This document shows, in pieces, positions 21,851 to 30,644 of a DNA stretch of 64,000 bases. Source of the stretch: Smithellaceae bacterium (GTDB lineage: Bacteria > Desulfobacterota > Syntrophia > Syntrophales > Smithellaceae). Both the position numbers and the translations under genes were made by a program. Location of the stretch: NCBI GenBank assembly GCA_963667845.2, contig CAXXVL010000002.1, forward strand, positions 1,408,001 through 1,472,000, in the 5' to 3' direction. The notes beneath the pieces were generated by a model. That model was not told the DNA's origin. It ran no database searches and was given only the letters and a program-made list of their open reading frames with translations. How positions within the stretch are numbered: the stretch's first letter is position 1; each line of letters opens with the position of its first letter.

Positions 21851-22615
21851 GTGCTGCTAAAAGGTGAAAATCTGGTAAAAAGTTTTGGCGGCACAATTGC
21901 TGTCAATGATGTGACCATTGAAGTCAACGAAGGAGAGATCCTGTCCATTATCGGTCCCAACGGGGCCGGGAAGTCCGTTCTATTCAGTCTGATCAGCGGC
22001 TCGGGCAAGCCGACTTCCGGCAGCATTAAATTTGCCGGAGAAGAAATTGCCGGTCTCAGCGCCAGTCAGATATCCCGCAAGGGCATCGCCCGGACGTTCC
22101 AGCTCACGGCGCTCTTTGAAAAGTTGCCGGTTGTCGCTAACCTCGCGCTGGGATACTACAAATGTACAACGAGCGGATTGTGGGGATCGATCTTCCATAC
22201 ACCGGGCTGGCAAAAAGATAAAAAGAAAGTGGAAGAAAAAGTGATCGAGACGCTTGATTTTGTCGGGCTGGGCTCCAAGGCTTTAGAAACGGCGTCCACG
22301 ATTTCTCAGGGAGAGCAAAGGCTTCTTTCCATCGGCATCGCCCTGATCAGCGAACCGAAACTGATTCTCTTTGATGAGCCGACGGGCGGATTGATCCAGG
22401 AAGATACGGCAATGATCACTGAATTGATCCGCAAAATAAATAAAAAAGGCATTACGGTTTGTCTGATCGAGCATAAGATGCGGATGGTCATGGATTTGGC
22501 CGACAGAATTGTTGTTTTAAACTACGGCAAGAAAATTGCTGAAGGGAAGCCGGCGGATGTCGCCGCGGATCCGCAGGTAATCGAAGCCTACTTAGGAAGA
22601 AAAAAGGATGCTTAA
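21851..22615 (+). CDS. livG: ABC transporter ATP-binding protein (LivG-like)
   Basis: GPNGAGKS, RTFQ, DEP, IEHKM, VIEAYLG; GTG start chosen after the livM stop. Confidence 0.88.
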   Translation: MLLKGENLVKSFGGTIAVNDVTIEVNEGEILSIIGPNGAGKSVLFSLISGSGKPTSGSIKFAGEEIAGLSASQISRKGIARTFQLTALFEKLPVVANLALGYYKCTTSGLWGSIFHTPGWQKDKKKVEEKVIETLDFVGLGSKALETASTISQGEQRLLSIGIALISEPKLILFDEPTGGLIQEDTAMITELIRKINKKGITVCLIEHKMRMVMDLADRIVVLNYGKKIAEGKPADVAADPQVIEAYLGRKKDA

Positions 22616-23312
22616 ACTAACAAATGTAACAACCATGATTGGCGAGCACCAGGTCATCCACGACGTATCTTTGCATATCGCTCAGGGAGATTTTGTTGCG
22701 CTGCTCGGAGGCAATGGCGCCGGGAAAACCAGCCTGTTTCGGACGATTGTTGGTGTACTTCCGACGGCGAAAGGCAAGATCGAATTCAAAGGCGAGGATA
22801 TCAGCCATCTGCCCGCTCATAAAATTGTGGGCAAAGGCATCGCACTTTGTCCGGAAGGCCGGCAGCTGTTTCCTCAGCTTCCCGTCTATAAAAATTTAAT
22901 GCTGGGCGCTTATCATCGCAAGGATAAGAAAGGCATTGAAGAGACTCTGGAGCAGGTTTATACCCTTTTCCCGCGGCTGAAGGAAAGATACAAGCAGATG
23001 GCCGGAACATTTTCCGGTGGTGAACAGCAGATGCTGGCAGTAGGCCGGGCGATTATGTCCAAGCCTGAAATGCTCCTTCTGGATGAGCCCTCCATGGGAT
23101 TGGCGCCGCTCGTTGTAGAAGGCATTGCCGATGCGATCACCCAACTGAACAAAATGGGAATCACGATATTTCTGTCCGAGCAAAATGCTCAAATCGCTCT
23201 GATGATCACGCGACACGGCTATGTTTTGGAAAACGGCCATCTGGTCCTCGACGGACTCAGCAAAGATCTGATCACCAATGAGAAGGTGAAAAAAGCGTAC
23301 CTGGGAACATAA
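22608..23312 (+). CDS. livF: ABC transporter ATP-binding protein (LivF-like)
   Basis: GGNGAGKT, PEGRQLF, SGGEQQM, LDEPSMGLAP. Confidence 0.9.
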   Translation: MLKLTNVTTMIGEHQVIHDVSLHIAQGDFVALLGGNGAGKTSLFRTIVGVLPTAKGKIEFKGEDISHLPAHKIVGKGIALCPEGRQLFPQLPVYKNLMLGAYHRKDKKGIEETLEQVYTLFPRLKERYKQMAGTFSGGEQQMLAVGRAIMSKPEMLLLDEPSMGLAPLVVEGIADAITQLNKMGITIFLSEQNAQIALMITRHGYVLENGHLVLDGLSKDLITNEKVKKAYLGT

Positions 23313-23352
23313 GAACGATGGTTTCCCTGCGGGAAATCATGCCACCATCCAT

Positions 23353-23392
23353 AAAAAGAGCTTATCCTCAAAACGGGAAAGCTCTTTTTTTT
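23353..23392 (+). terminator. Probable intrinsic terminator after livF
   Basis: AAAAAGAGCTT...AAGCTCTTTTTTTT inverted repeat with T tract. Confidence 0.65.
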
Positions 23393-23779
23393 CTGAGGCC
23401 GTTGCCTGCTCTTTTTGCCCAGGCCGGATCAATCCATCGGGCATTTATCACGCTCCTTTTCTTGCAGCGGCAGGAATCTCCATATTTATACACCGCATTC
23501 AAAACATGTCCCCGAAGCCGTTCATGCGGCCTCGTTTCCATTTAAGGACGGGCAATTCATTTGCTCTTTTGTGCGGGAAGACCCCCCTGAACGGCTTGCC
23601 GAAAAATCGTCTTTGCATAAATTGCACGGCTGAGTTTGGCCTGAGATCACAGAGCTTTAGAGGCAACCTCACTAATACATCAATATATTCATGATGATGC
23701 AAGCTGTATCCCAATCGCTGTCCGTTGTGAAAATTCTCTGCGGCAAACCATTACGGATCCGTACAGAAAACATTTACCG

Positions 23780-23807
23780 TTGACTTGAATTGTTATGTAG
23801 GTATACT
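23780..23807 (+). promoter_or_regulatory. Putative sigma70 promoter for the flavocytochrome operon
   Basis: TTGACT-16 nt-TATACT about 150 nt upstream of ATG 23955. Confidence 0.45.
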
Positions 23808-23954
23808 AAACGTCGTCAAGTAGGATGATCTGAATTTTGCTTGAAACGCATTGATCTTGTCAGTCCTGAAGCAAAAAGTCAGCTCATTTCATAAAGTATT
23901 CGGAAAAGTATTTTTTAACATGTCCTTTGATAGACATCGGAGAGGAGGTCTCAA

Positions 23955-25493
23955 ATGAAGCAGGACGATTCGAATAAATCATTAAGTAGACGAAATTTCT
24001 TAAAAACGGCGGGAGGAGCGGCGGCGATTGCGGGGCTGGCCACAACTGGTCTTCCGATACTTCCGGGCAAAGCGGAAGCGGCCTGCGAGCCGCTGCCCAA
24101 AAAGTGGGACGAAACGTATGATGTCGTAGTTATCGGCAGCGGATTTGCGGGACTGGCGGCTGCCATCGAGGCGAAAAATGCCGGAGCCAAGGACGTTGTC
24201 GTCCTGGAAAAAATGCCGGTCTACGGTGGAAACTCGATCATCAACGGCGGGGATTTCTGCGCTCCGGATACCAGGCTGCAGAAGGAAAACGGTGTTCAGG
24301 ATTCGCCCGAGCTCATGTTGAATGACATGCTCAGAGCGGGGCTTTATCTGAATCATCCCGAGCTTGCCGGAATTGTCGCCTATAATGCTAAAGCAGCTCT
24401 GGAATGGACTGAATCCTATCTCGGAGTAAAGTACACGAAGCTGAATTTCCATGGCGGCCACTCTGTCAAGCGGGCCAACGGGACGATCAATTCTTCAGGG
24501 TCAGAATTGGTCAGTAAGGAACTGGCCAAAGCCAAGGAGCTTGGTGTGAAAATTCAACTGCGCACCAAGCTGGTGAAATTCCTGGCCGATAAAGAAGGAA
24601 GGATTGTCGGCATGGAGGTACGCAAGGGTTATAAATTCCCCGATGATAATTCGGGAAAGGTTGCTTTTATCAAGGCACGCAGAGCCGTTGTACTCAGTTC
24701 AGGCGGTTTTTCCAACGATGTCGCGCTGCGCCAGATTCATGATCCGCGCCTGACGGACAAGTTGTTCTCGACGAATCAGCCGGGCGCAACAGGCGAGGCC
24801 CTGCTGGCGGCGTGCATCGTGGGCGCCATGGACGTCCAGATGGACTGGATACAGCTTGGCCCGTGGACAAGCCCGGACGAGAAGGGCTTCGGGCAGGTCC
24901 CGCTGTTTTGCGAGAGACTTGTCGGCTATGGTCCGATGGTCAATCCCTCGACGGGCAAGCGCTTTTTCAAGGAAACAGGAAACCGCAAAGAGCGGGCGGA
25001 TGCCATCATCCTCGTCGGACATCCGGTCATTATCATGGGAGATTCCTATGCCGTGCCCAAACAGGTATTCCCCAACGCCCTGAAATTGGGGATGGAGTCC
25101 GGGGCCATTAAAAAATTCGACTCTCTGGAAGCGGTGGCCAAAGAGTACAATATACCGGTGACAGTCTTCCTCGCAGAAATCAAGCGCTGGAACTCTTTTG
25201 TCGAAAAGAAGAAGGATGATGATTTCGACTGCATGATCTTCAAGGACGCCAAGCCGACCGTCGAAGCGCCTTTCTATGCAGCGCGTCTTTGGCCTAAAGT
25301 TCACCATACCATGGGCGGATTGGTGATCAACAAAAACGCTCAGGTTTATGGTTTTGACATGAATCCCGTTAAAGGACTCTACGCTTGCGGAGAGGTAACC
25401 GGCGGTGTCCACGGGGCAGTGCGTCTGGGTGGCGTGGCCATGGCAGACTGCATCGTTTTCGGCCGTATTGCCGGCAAAAATGCTGCAGGGTGA
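23955..25493 (+). CDS. Tat-exported flavocytochrome c flavin subunit (fumarate reductase FccA superfamily)
   Basis: SRRNFLK Tat motif, GSGFAG FAD-binding, HHTMGG, GEVTGGVHGAVRLGG. Confidence 0.9.
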   Translation: MKQDDSNKSLSRRNFLKTAGGAAAIAGLATTGLPILPGKAEAACEPLPKKWDETYDVVVIGSGFAGLAAAIEAKNAGAKDVVVLEKMPVYGGNSIINGGDFCAPDTRLQKENGVQDSPELMLNDMLRAGLYLNHPELAGIVAYNAKAALEWTESYLGVKYTKLNFHGGHSVKRANGTINSSGSELVSKELAKAKELGVKIQLRTKLVKFLADKEGRIVGMEVRKGYKFPDDNSGKVAFIKARRAVVLSSGGFSNDVALRQIHDPRLTDKLFSTNQPGATGEALLAACIVGAMDVQMDWIQLGPWTSPDEKGFGQVPLFCERLVGYGPMVNPSTGKRFFKETGNRKERADAIILVGHPVIIMGDSYAVPKQVFPNALKLGMESGAIKKFDSLEAVAKEYNIPVTVFLAEIKRWNSFVEKKKDDDFDCMIFKDAKPTVEAPFYAARLWPKVHHTMGGLVINKNAQVYGFDMNPVKGLYACGEVTGGVHGAVRLGGVAMADCIVFGRIAGKNAAG

Positions 25494-25589
25494 GAAGGCC
25501 TGATAATAATCGTTTCCCCGGATAACAGGAAATGCGCATAGCCTTGTTTCCGGTTGTCCGGCCTTCTATGAGAATCATTTTGGAGGCGT

Positions 25590-26117
25590 ATGAAAAGAAA
25601 TCTTAATCCAAAATTAACGAAAGCAGTTGCGGTTTTATTCAGCCTCATGGTTGCTGTGGTTTTCAGTCAGGCTGTCTGGGCCGCACCCAAAATGGAACAA
25701 GCGAAATTCAAGGGGGGTGACTGCGCCGCCTGTCATGTTAAGGAAAAGAAATTACCGGAAAAGCACGCCGATACCAAAGCAATGACCTGGGCCGCATGCA
25801 AGGCCTGCCATACCAAGGACAATCTGAGCCTGATCGGCAAATTACCGGGCAGCCACGCTCATCAGCTGGCGGGTGTCAATTGCATTAAATGCCACGGCAA
25901 GACCAAAACACCGGAAGCGCTGACCATGGAACAGTGCGTCGCCTGCCACGGCAGCACGGCCAAGCTTATGGAAAAAACAAAGGATGTCAAACCGACCAAT
26001 CCGCATACGTCGCCTCATTACGGGACGGAGCTGGATTGTAACCTTTGTCATCACCAGCACGCCAAATCGGAAAATTACTGCGCGCAGTGTCATAAGTTTG
26101 ATTTCAAGATTCCATAA
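25590..26117 (+). CDS. Periplasmic hexaheme cytochrome c (c3-like), partner of the flavoprotein
   Basis: Signal peptide; 6 CxxCH (CAACH, CKACH, CIKCH, CVACH, CNLCH, CAQCH); NPH motif. Confidence 0.9.
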   Translation: MKRNLNPKLTKAVAVLFSLMVAVVFSQAVWAAPKMEQAKFKGGDCAACHVKEKKLPEKHADTKAMTWAACKACHTKDNLSLIGKLPGSHAHQLAGVNCIKCHGKTKTPEALTMEQCVACHGSTAKLMEKTKDVKPTNPHTSPHYGTELDCNLCHHQHAKSENYCAQCHKFDFKIP

Positions 26118-26132
26118 ATAATGACGGATTTT

Positions 26133-26173
26133 TCAACGGCGGAGATTATCTGCTCCGCCGTTGAGTCTTTTTT
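26133..26173 (+). terminator. Intrinsic terminator after the hexaheme cytochrome
   Basis: TCAACGGCGGAG/CTCCGCCGTTGA 12-bp stem followed by a T tract. Confidence 0.75.
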
Positions 26174-26308
26174 CAAAGCAGCTCGCCCTGGAAGGTAGGA
26201 GGGAGTCCTTATCCCTTTCATAACGGACTCTATCATCGATCCATAAAGGATGACAAAAGCCTCATGGAAATGAATTTGACACGGGTATTCTTAATCGTTA
26301 AATTTATT

Positions 26309-26409
26309 TAAATCCCTTTTTTGCGGGACGAGCGTTAATTCTCCGTATCTTGCTGCGATATAATGGCGTTCATTTCATATCTCGACAGCTTGCAGCGAGG
26401 TGGTTGATT
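26309..26409. repeat. ~100-bp dispersed non-coding element, copy 1
   Basis: Shares GACGAGCGTTAATT...CTTGCTGCGA...CGTTCATTT...CTCGAC...CTTGC.GCGAGGT.GT.GAT with 40631-40731 and 49412-49514. Confidence 0.85.
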
Positions 26410-26431
26410 CAACCGGCTGTTTGGAGGTTTT

Positions 26432-27679
26432 GTGAAAAAGCAACAATCGTTCCTCGGCTTTCTGGCCATTTTTATTTTCCTGTTTTGCAGTTCAATGTCT
26501 TTTGCCGCTGACACGAACAGCTGTGTCATGTGCCATACCAGCGATTCTTTGATGAAGTCCCTGCATAAACCACCCCCCATGCCGGCAGGCGAAGGCGAAG
26601 GGTGAGCAGGGGCGCCTCCGCCAGTTCGGCCGGAAGACATGTATAAAGGATATATCGTTGATAAGGAGCTTTTGAATAAAGATCCTCATCTGAAGATGGG
26701 CTGTACCCTGTGCCATAAAGGAAATGCCAAAGAATTCAACCGGGAAGCTGCCCACAAGGATTTGGTGAAAAGGCCTTCGGATAATCTGCGATCCTGTATG
26801 ATGTGCCATAAGCAGATCGGGGACATGTATGCCAAGTCCCTGCACTACACGACGGCGGGGCTGAGAAACGGCGTGATGCCGCGCTTCTCCAGGGAGGAAT
26901 TAAAGACCTTTGATGAAAAAGTCTTTCAGCAGTCGTGCCGGAGTTGTCATTCCTCCTGCGGAGACTGCCACGTCAAGGCTCCGGCAGTCGGCGGGATCAG
27001 CATCGGCCTGATTCAAAAACATAAATTTGTCAAAAAAGACGAAGGAAAGACGTGCGCCTTTTGTCACGGCGGCCGGGTATATCCCGAATATACGGGCGAT
27101 TACGGCGGTTCTCCGGATGTTCACTACCAGAAAGGCATGTTGTGCATGGACTGCCACAAGAAAACGGAGCTTCATGGTGACGGCACAGCTTATCTTTCCA
27201 AGCAGCAGGTAAAAGATCGGCCCTCCTGCCGGAACTGTCATAAACTGGGGAATGAAGCCAAGATGACGGCGCAAATTGCGCATCGCGAACACGACGGCAA
27301 AGTGACCTGTTACGGCTGCCATGCGGGAGCAGCTTATCGCCAGTGTCAGCAATGTCATCTGGGGACAGGCGCCACATCCAATCCGCAGATGCTTTTAGGT
27401 TTGAATCCCCGCGATAAAAAGACGTTGACGACGCTGCGTCTGATTCCGACCGTCCGGGATACGTTTGCCAAGGCCGGCATCAAAATGGAAAACTATGACG
27501 CCCTGCCCAATTACTGGAATACGCCGGCCCACAATATTCGCAAACGCACGGACCGTACACGCAACTGCGATACGTGTCATGTGGACCGCAAAGGATTTTT
27601 GACAAAGGAACTTTTGATCAAGGACGGTTCGAAGGCTAATGAAGGTTTAATCGTTGTTCCCAAAGCAATTAACCGATAG
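26432..27679 (+). CDS. Putative selenocysteine-containing 11-heme cytochrome c (415 aa with UGA58 read as Sec)
   Basis: GGAGG RBS at 26423-26427, GTG start 26432, signal peptide MKKQQSFLGFLAIFIFLFCSSMSFA, CVMCH, then GEGEG-TGA(26603-26605)-AGAPPPVRPED in frame with ORF 26639-27679 (10 more CxxCH). Confidence 0.85.
26606..26637 (+). promoter_or_regulatory. Candidate bacterial SECIS element
   Basis: Hairpin TCC-GCC[AGTTC]GGC-C-GGA (26617-26634); apical loop starts 17 nt after the UGA and has G at position 2 followed by U. Confidence 0.65.
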
Positions 27680-27689
27680 GAGGATGTAT

Positions 27690-28616
27690 ATGAAGATGAT
27701 AAAATTATGGAAGGTACTGCCGGTGTTGCTTTTTATCCTGCTGCCGACCGCATTAATGGCACAAGGGTTGAGTCCGATTCTATCGACGGACGATCTGGCA
27801 AAAAACTTAAAAAATCCCAGTGTGGTCATCGTGGATATCCGTAAAGTGGAAGACTATAAAGCCGGCCACATTCCGGGCGCGATAGGCGTGTTCTACAACA
27901 ATTGGGCGCCGGGGAAGGGGACCATGCAAAATGAAATTCCCGCAGACGATGACCTGATGGATCTGCTTTCCGCAAACGGCGTTCAGCCGGATTCCCTGGT
28001 CGTTGTTTACGGGTCGACAGGAACCGGTCCCGACCGGGTCAATGTCACACGCGTGGCCTGGACATTGAAGTACGCCGGAGTTCAAAAGGTATCGGTATTG
28101 AGCGGCGGCATTGAAAAATGGGCCGTTCGTGAAAAGAGAGAGCTGTCCACGGATGTGGTCCGGCCGAAGGTTAAAGCTTACAAAGGTAAGTTCAATAAAG
28201 ATGTTCTGGCAAAAAAAGATTACGTGAAAAATCAGATCGGCAAAGCAATCATCGTTGATACGCGTGAACCGGCTTTCTTCGGCGGCCAGCAGAAATTGCC
28301 GTTTGTGGCCAAAGCAGGGCGAATCAAGGGAGCCGTCAATCTGCCCACCGTGCAGGTCTTCGATAAGTATCCGCCGGGCGAGCATATGGAGCAATGCTGC
28401 TGGACATACAAAGATGTTGCGGCTTTGAAAAACATGGCCACCGGTGTGGTCGGCAACGACCCATCCAAAGAAATCATCGTCTATTGCGATTCCGGCCGCG
28501 TGGCCAGTGCCTGGTGGTTTATTTTAAGTGAAGTGCTCGGTTATAAGAATGTGAAGAATTATGACGGCTCGATGGAAGAATGGACAAAGGATGAGACGGC
28601 TCCCATCGAACCATAA
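27690..28616 (+). CDS. Exported tandem-domain rhodanese/sulfurtransferase
   Basis: AGGAGG RBS, signal peptide, GHIPGA, GRIKGAVNLP, active-site loop YCDSGRVA, C-terminal YDGSMEEW signature. Confidence 0.9.
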   Translation: MKMIKLWKVLPVLLFILLPTALMAQGLSPILSTDDLAKNLKNPSVVIVDIRKVEDYKAGHIPGAIGVFYNNWAPGKGTMQNEIPADDDLMDLLSANGVQPDSLVVVYGSTGTGPDRVNVTRVAWTLKYAGVQKVSVLSGGIEKWAVREKRELSTDVVRPKVKAYKGKFNKDVLAKKDYVKNQIGKAIIVDTREPAFFGGQQKLPFVAKAGRIKGAVNLPTVQVFDKYPPGEHMEQCCWTYKDVAALKNMATGVVGNDPSKEIIVYCDSGRVASAWWFILSEVLGYKNVKNYDGSMEEWTKDETAPIEP

Positions 28617-28623
28617 CTAAGCT

Positions 28624-28666
28624 GCTGCCGGATGCTCTCGGCGTGAAGGCATCCGGCGGCTTTTTT
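28624..28666 (+). terminator. Terminator-like hairpin inside the cytochrome cluster
   Basis: GCTGCCGGATGC...GCATCCGGCGGC followed by TTTTTT, 14 nt before ATG 28681. Confidence 0.65.
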
Positions 28667-28680
28667 CGCTGGATCAATCG

Positions 28681-30636
28681 ATGTATCGAAACTGCAGCGT
28701 TATTATCGCTTTTATCGTTTTGCTGTCTGTGCCGGCTCTGGCGGGGCCGCATCAGGACGTCTGGCTCAAGAATGAACAGGGCGACAGGATAACGCCCGCC
28801 CTTAACAGCCTTGATCCTTACAGTCCGAAAAAGACCTGCGGCACATGCCATAGCTATGCGGCGATAACATCCGGTTATCATTTTCAGCAGGGCTTTGATG
28901 TGATGAGGGATGGTTATGATAGAGGCAAGCCCTGGTTTCTATCGCCGGGAATGTTCGGCAGCTGGCTTCCCACGGCGGCAGCCGGAAGGCTCGCGGCCAA
29001 ACGTAACACCCATGTGCGTCAGATCGATCTCAGCACCTACGACTGGATCGGTTCCGGCAAATACACCGCCAAATATAAAATCCATTCGTCTTCCTGCGGT
29101 TCCTGCCATCCCGGCGGCGGCCCCATGGAGTATGGCCGGGATAAAACAGGCCGGGCGGATACTGCTGTGACGCTGGCGTCCGGTGAATCAACCGCTGCTA
29201 ATCGCCTGGACGGTGATTACAGTTCACGCGCCACACCGGACGGTTTGAGCCGCTTCCGGCAAAGCGGCGTGGTCGAAGCGGACTGCCTTATTTGTCATCA
29301 GACCGGCTATCGCATGGAAGATAGAAATGAACAGCTTTACAGGCGCAACTACCGCTGGGCCGCAACGGCCGGCGCCGGACTGGGTGAGGTGAAAGGCGCG
29401 ATCTTCACTTACAAGAATCCTGCGGCCGGGCCCGGGGAACACGACTTTTCCGCAGGATCGTGGAACCTCTCCAAACGTCCGGTTGTTTCCTACAACTGGT
29501 CGGACCCGAATATGTTCGGACCCGATGGCCGCGTAAAGGGCAACCTGATTAAGAAATCCGTTTCCACAAAAAACTGTCTGCAGTGCCACGCCGAGGGCGA
29601 AGCAAAAAATACCGGCACGGCTTTTACACCGGCCAGTGACGTACACATTAAAGCAGGCATGACCTGCACCGACTGTCATCCGCTCGTGGGCGCGACGAAA
29701 GATCGGCGTCTCGCACATCAGATCGCCAAAGGGGCATCGCTTGTGGGGCATGTCCGGGATGATCTGGATGGCGCCTCAATGAAAACCTGCGCAAGCTGCC
29801 ACTCGGGCGGGCAATATCAGTCTGTCCGCCGCGGCGCTATGCTCCAGGCAAAAAATCCTCAGGCAACACATGCGCGTTTCCTGTCGGGAGCCGTATTTCA
29901 CACCTATCTCGTTTCCTGTCAAAGCTGTCATATCACCGCACAACCTCTCAGCGCCTTGACGATCCTCGACATGAGCACCGGCCGGGAACAGGGTTACACG
30001 GCTGATGATTTTGCGAGCGCCGCCGCCCCCCCCGGTGATTATCTGAGACCTGCGCCGAAACCCTGGCCGCCCTGGCAGATGCGCACAAAGAAATATCAAG
30101 CCGCCGTACCCAAGCACCTGCAATGGTTCGGAGAAAAGATGACGAATGGAGAAATCCGGCCTATCGGGCTTCATTATGTAGCCAAGGCGGCGCGGGAGGT
30201 CGGGAATCTGACCGTGATCAATGCCCGTCAGTCTGATGGTAAAAAAACCAAACAAACAACGGTCGTCTCCGACCGCGATGTGACGGAAATGATCGGGGCG
30301 CTCGCCAGGTCCGGATTTACCAACGTCGTTTTTGTCTCGGATCGGATCTATGAGTTAAAAAATGCAAAGCTGATTTTCTCGCCTTTGACGCAAAAGACTC
30401 TTTACTATACAGTCGAACACGATGTAACGGACCTGTCTCAAAAACGGACCTACGGCCAGAAAGGACGGCCCGACGGTTGTATGCAGTGCCACGATGACAA
30501 GTCGCCCTTCTTTACAAAAATGGATATCAAGAATATCCGCGAGTTCCTGAAAAAAGATTATCCGGTAATGAAAAATCCGAACGCCGCCCCGCAATACGAG
30601 ACCTGGGGCCTGCGGTCAGTCCCTGCATTTGAATAG
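28681..30636 (+). CDS. Periplasmic octaheme cytochrome c
   Basis: Signal peptide; 8 CxxCH (CGTCH, CGSCH, CLICH, CLQCH, CTDCH, CASCH, CQSCH, CMQCH) in 651 aa. Confidence 0.88.
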   Translation: MYRNCSVIIAFIVLLSVPALAGPHQDVWLKNEQGDRITPALNSLDPYSPKKTCGTCHSYAAITSGYHFQQGFDVMRDGYDRGKPWFLSPGMFGSWLPTAAAGRLAAKRNTHVRQIDLSTYDWIGSGKYTAKYKIHSSSCGSCHPGGGPMEYGRDKTGRADTAVTLASGESTAANRLDGDYSSRATPDGLSRFRQSGVVEADCLICHQTGYRMEDRNEQLYRRNYRWAATAGAGLGEVKGAIFTYKNPAAGPGEHDFSAGSWNLSKRPVVSYNWSDPNMFGPDGRVKGNLIKKSVSTKNCLQCHAEGEAKNTGTAFTPASDVHIKAGMTCTDCHPLVGATKDRRLAHQIAKGASLVGHVRDDLDGASMKTCASCHSGGQYQSVRRGAMLQAKNPQATHARFLSGAVFHTYLVSCQSCHITAQPLSALTILDMSTGREQGYTADDFASAAAPPGDYLRPAPKPWPPWQMRTKKYQAAVPKHLQWFGEKMTNGEIRPIGLHYVAKAAREVGNLTVINARQSDGKKTKQTTVVSDRDVTEMIGALARSGFTNVVFVSDRIYELKNAKLIFSPLTQKTLYYTVEHDVTDLSQKRTYGQKGRPDGCMQCHDDKSPFFTKMDIKNIREFLKKDYPVMKNPNAAPQYETWGLRSVPAFE

Positions 30637-30644
30637 GTGATGCC

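Noticed and set aside
23400..23950. Riboswitch in the long leader of the flavocytochrome (GGCAAACC near 23742)
   Set aside because: Lacks the tetraloop and second stem of a c-di-GMP-I aptamer; no other recognisable riboswitch consensus. An Rfam scan would settle it.
26639..27679. Stand-alone 346-aa cytochrome as given in the ORF track
   Set aside because: No signal peptide or clear RBS; the upstream in-frame segment supplies both across one TGA.
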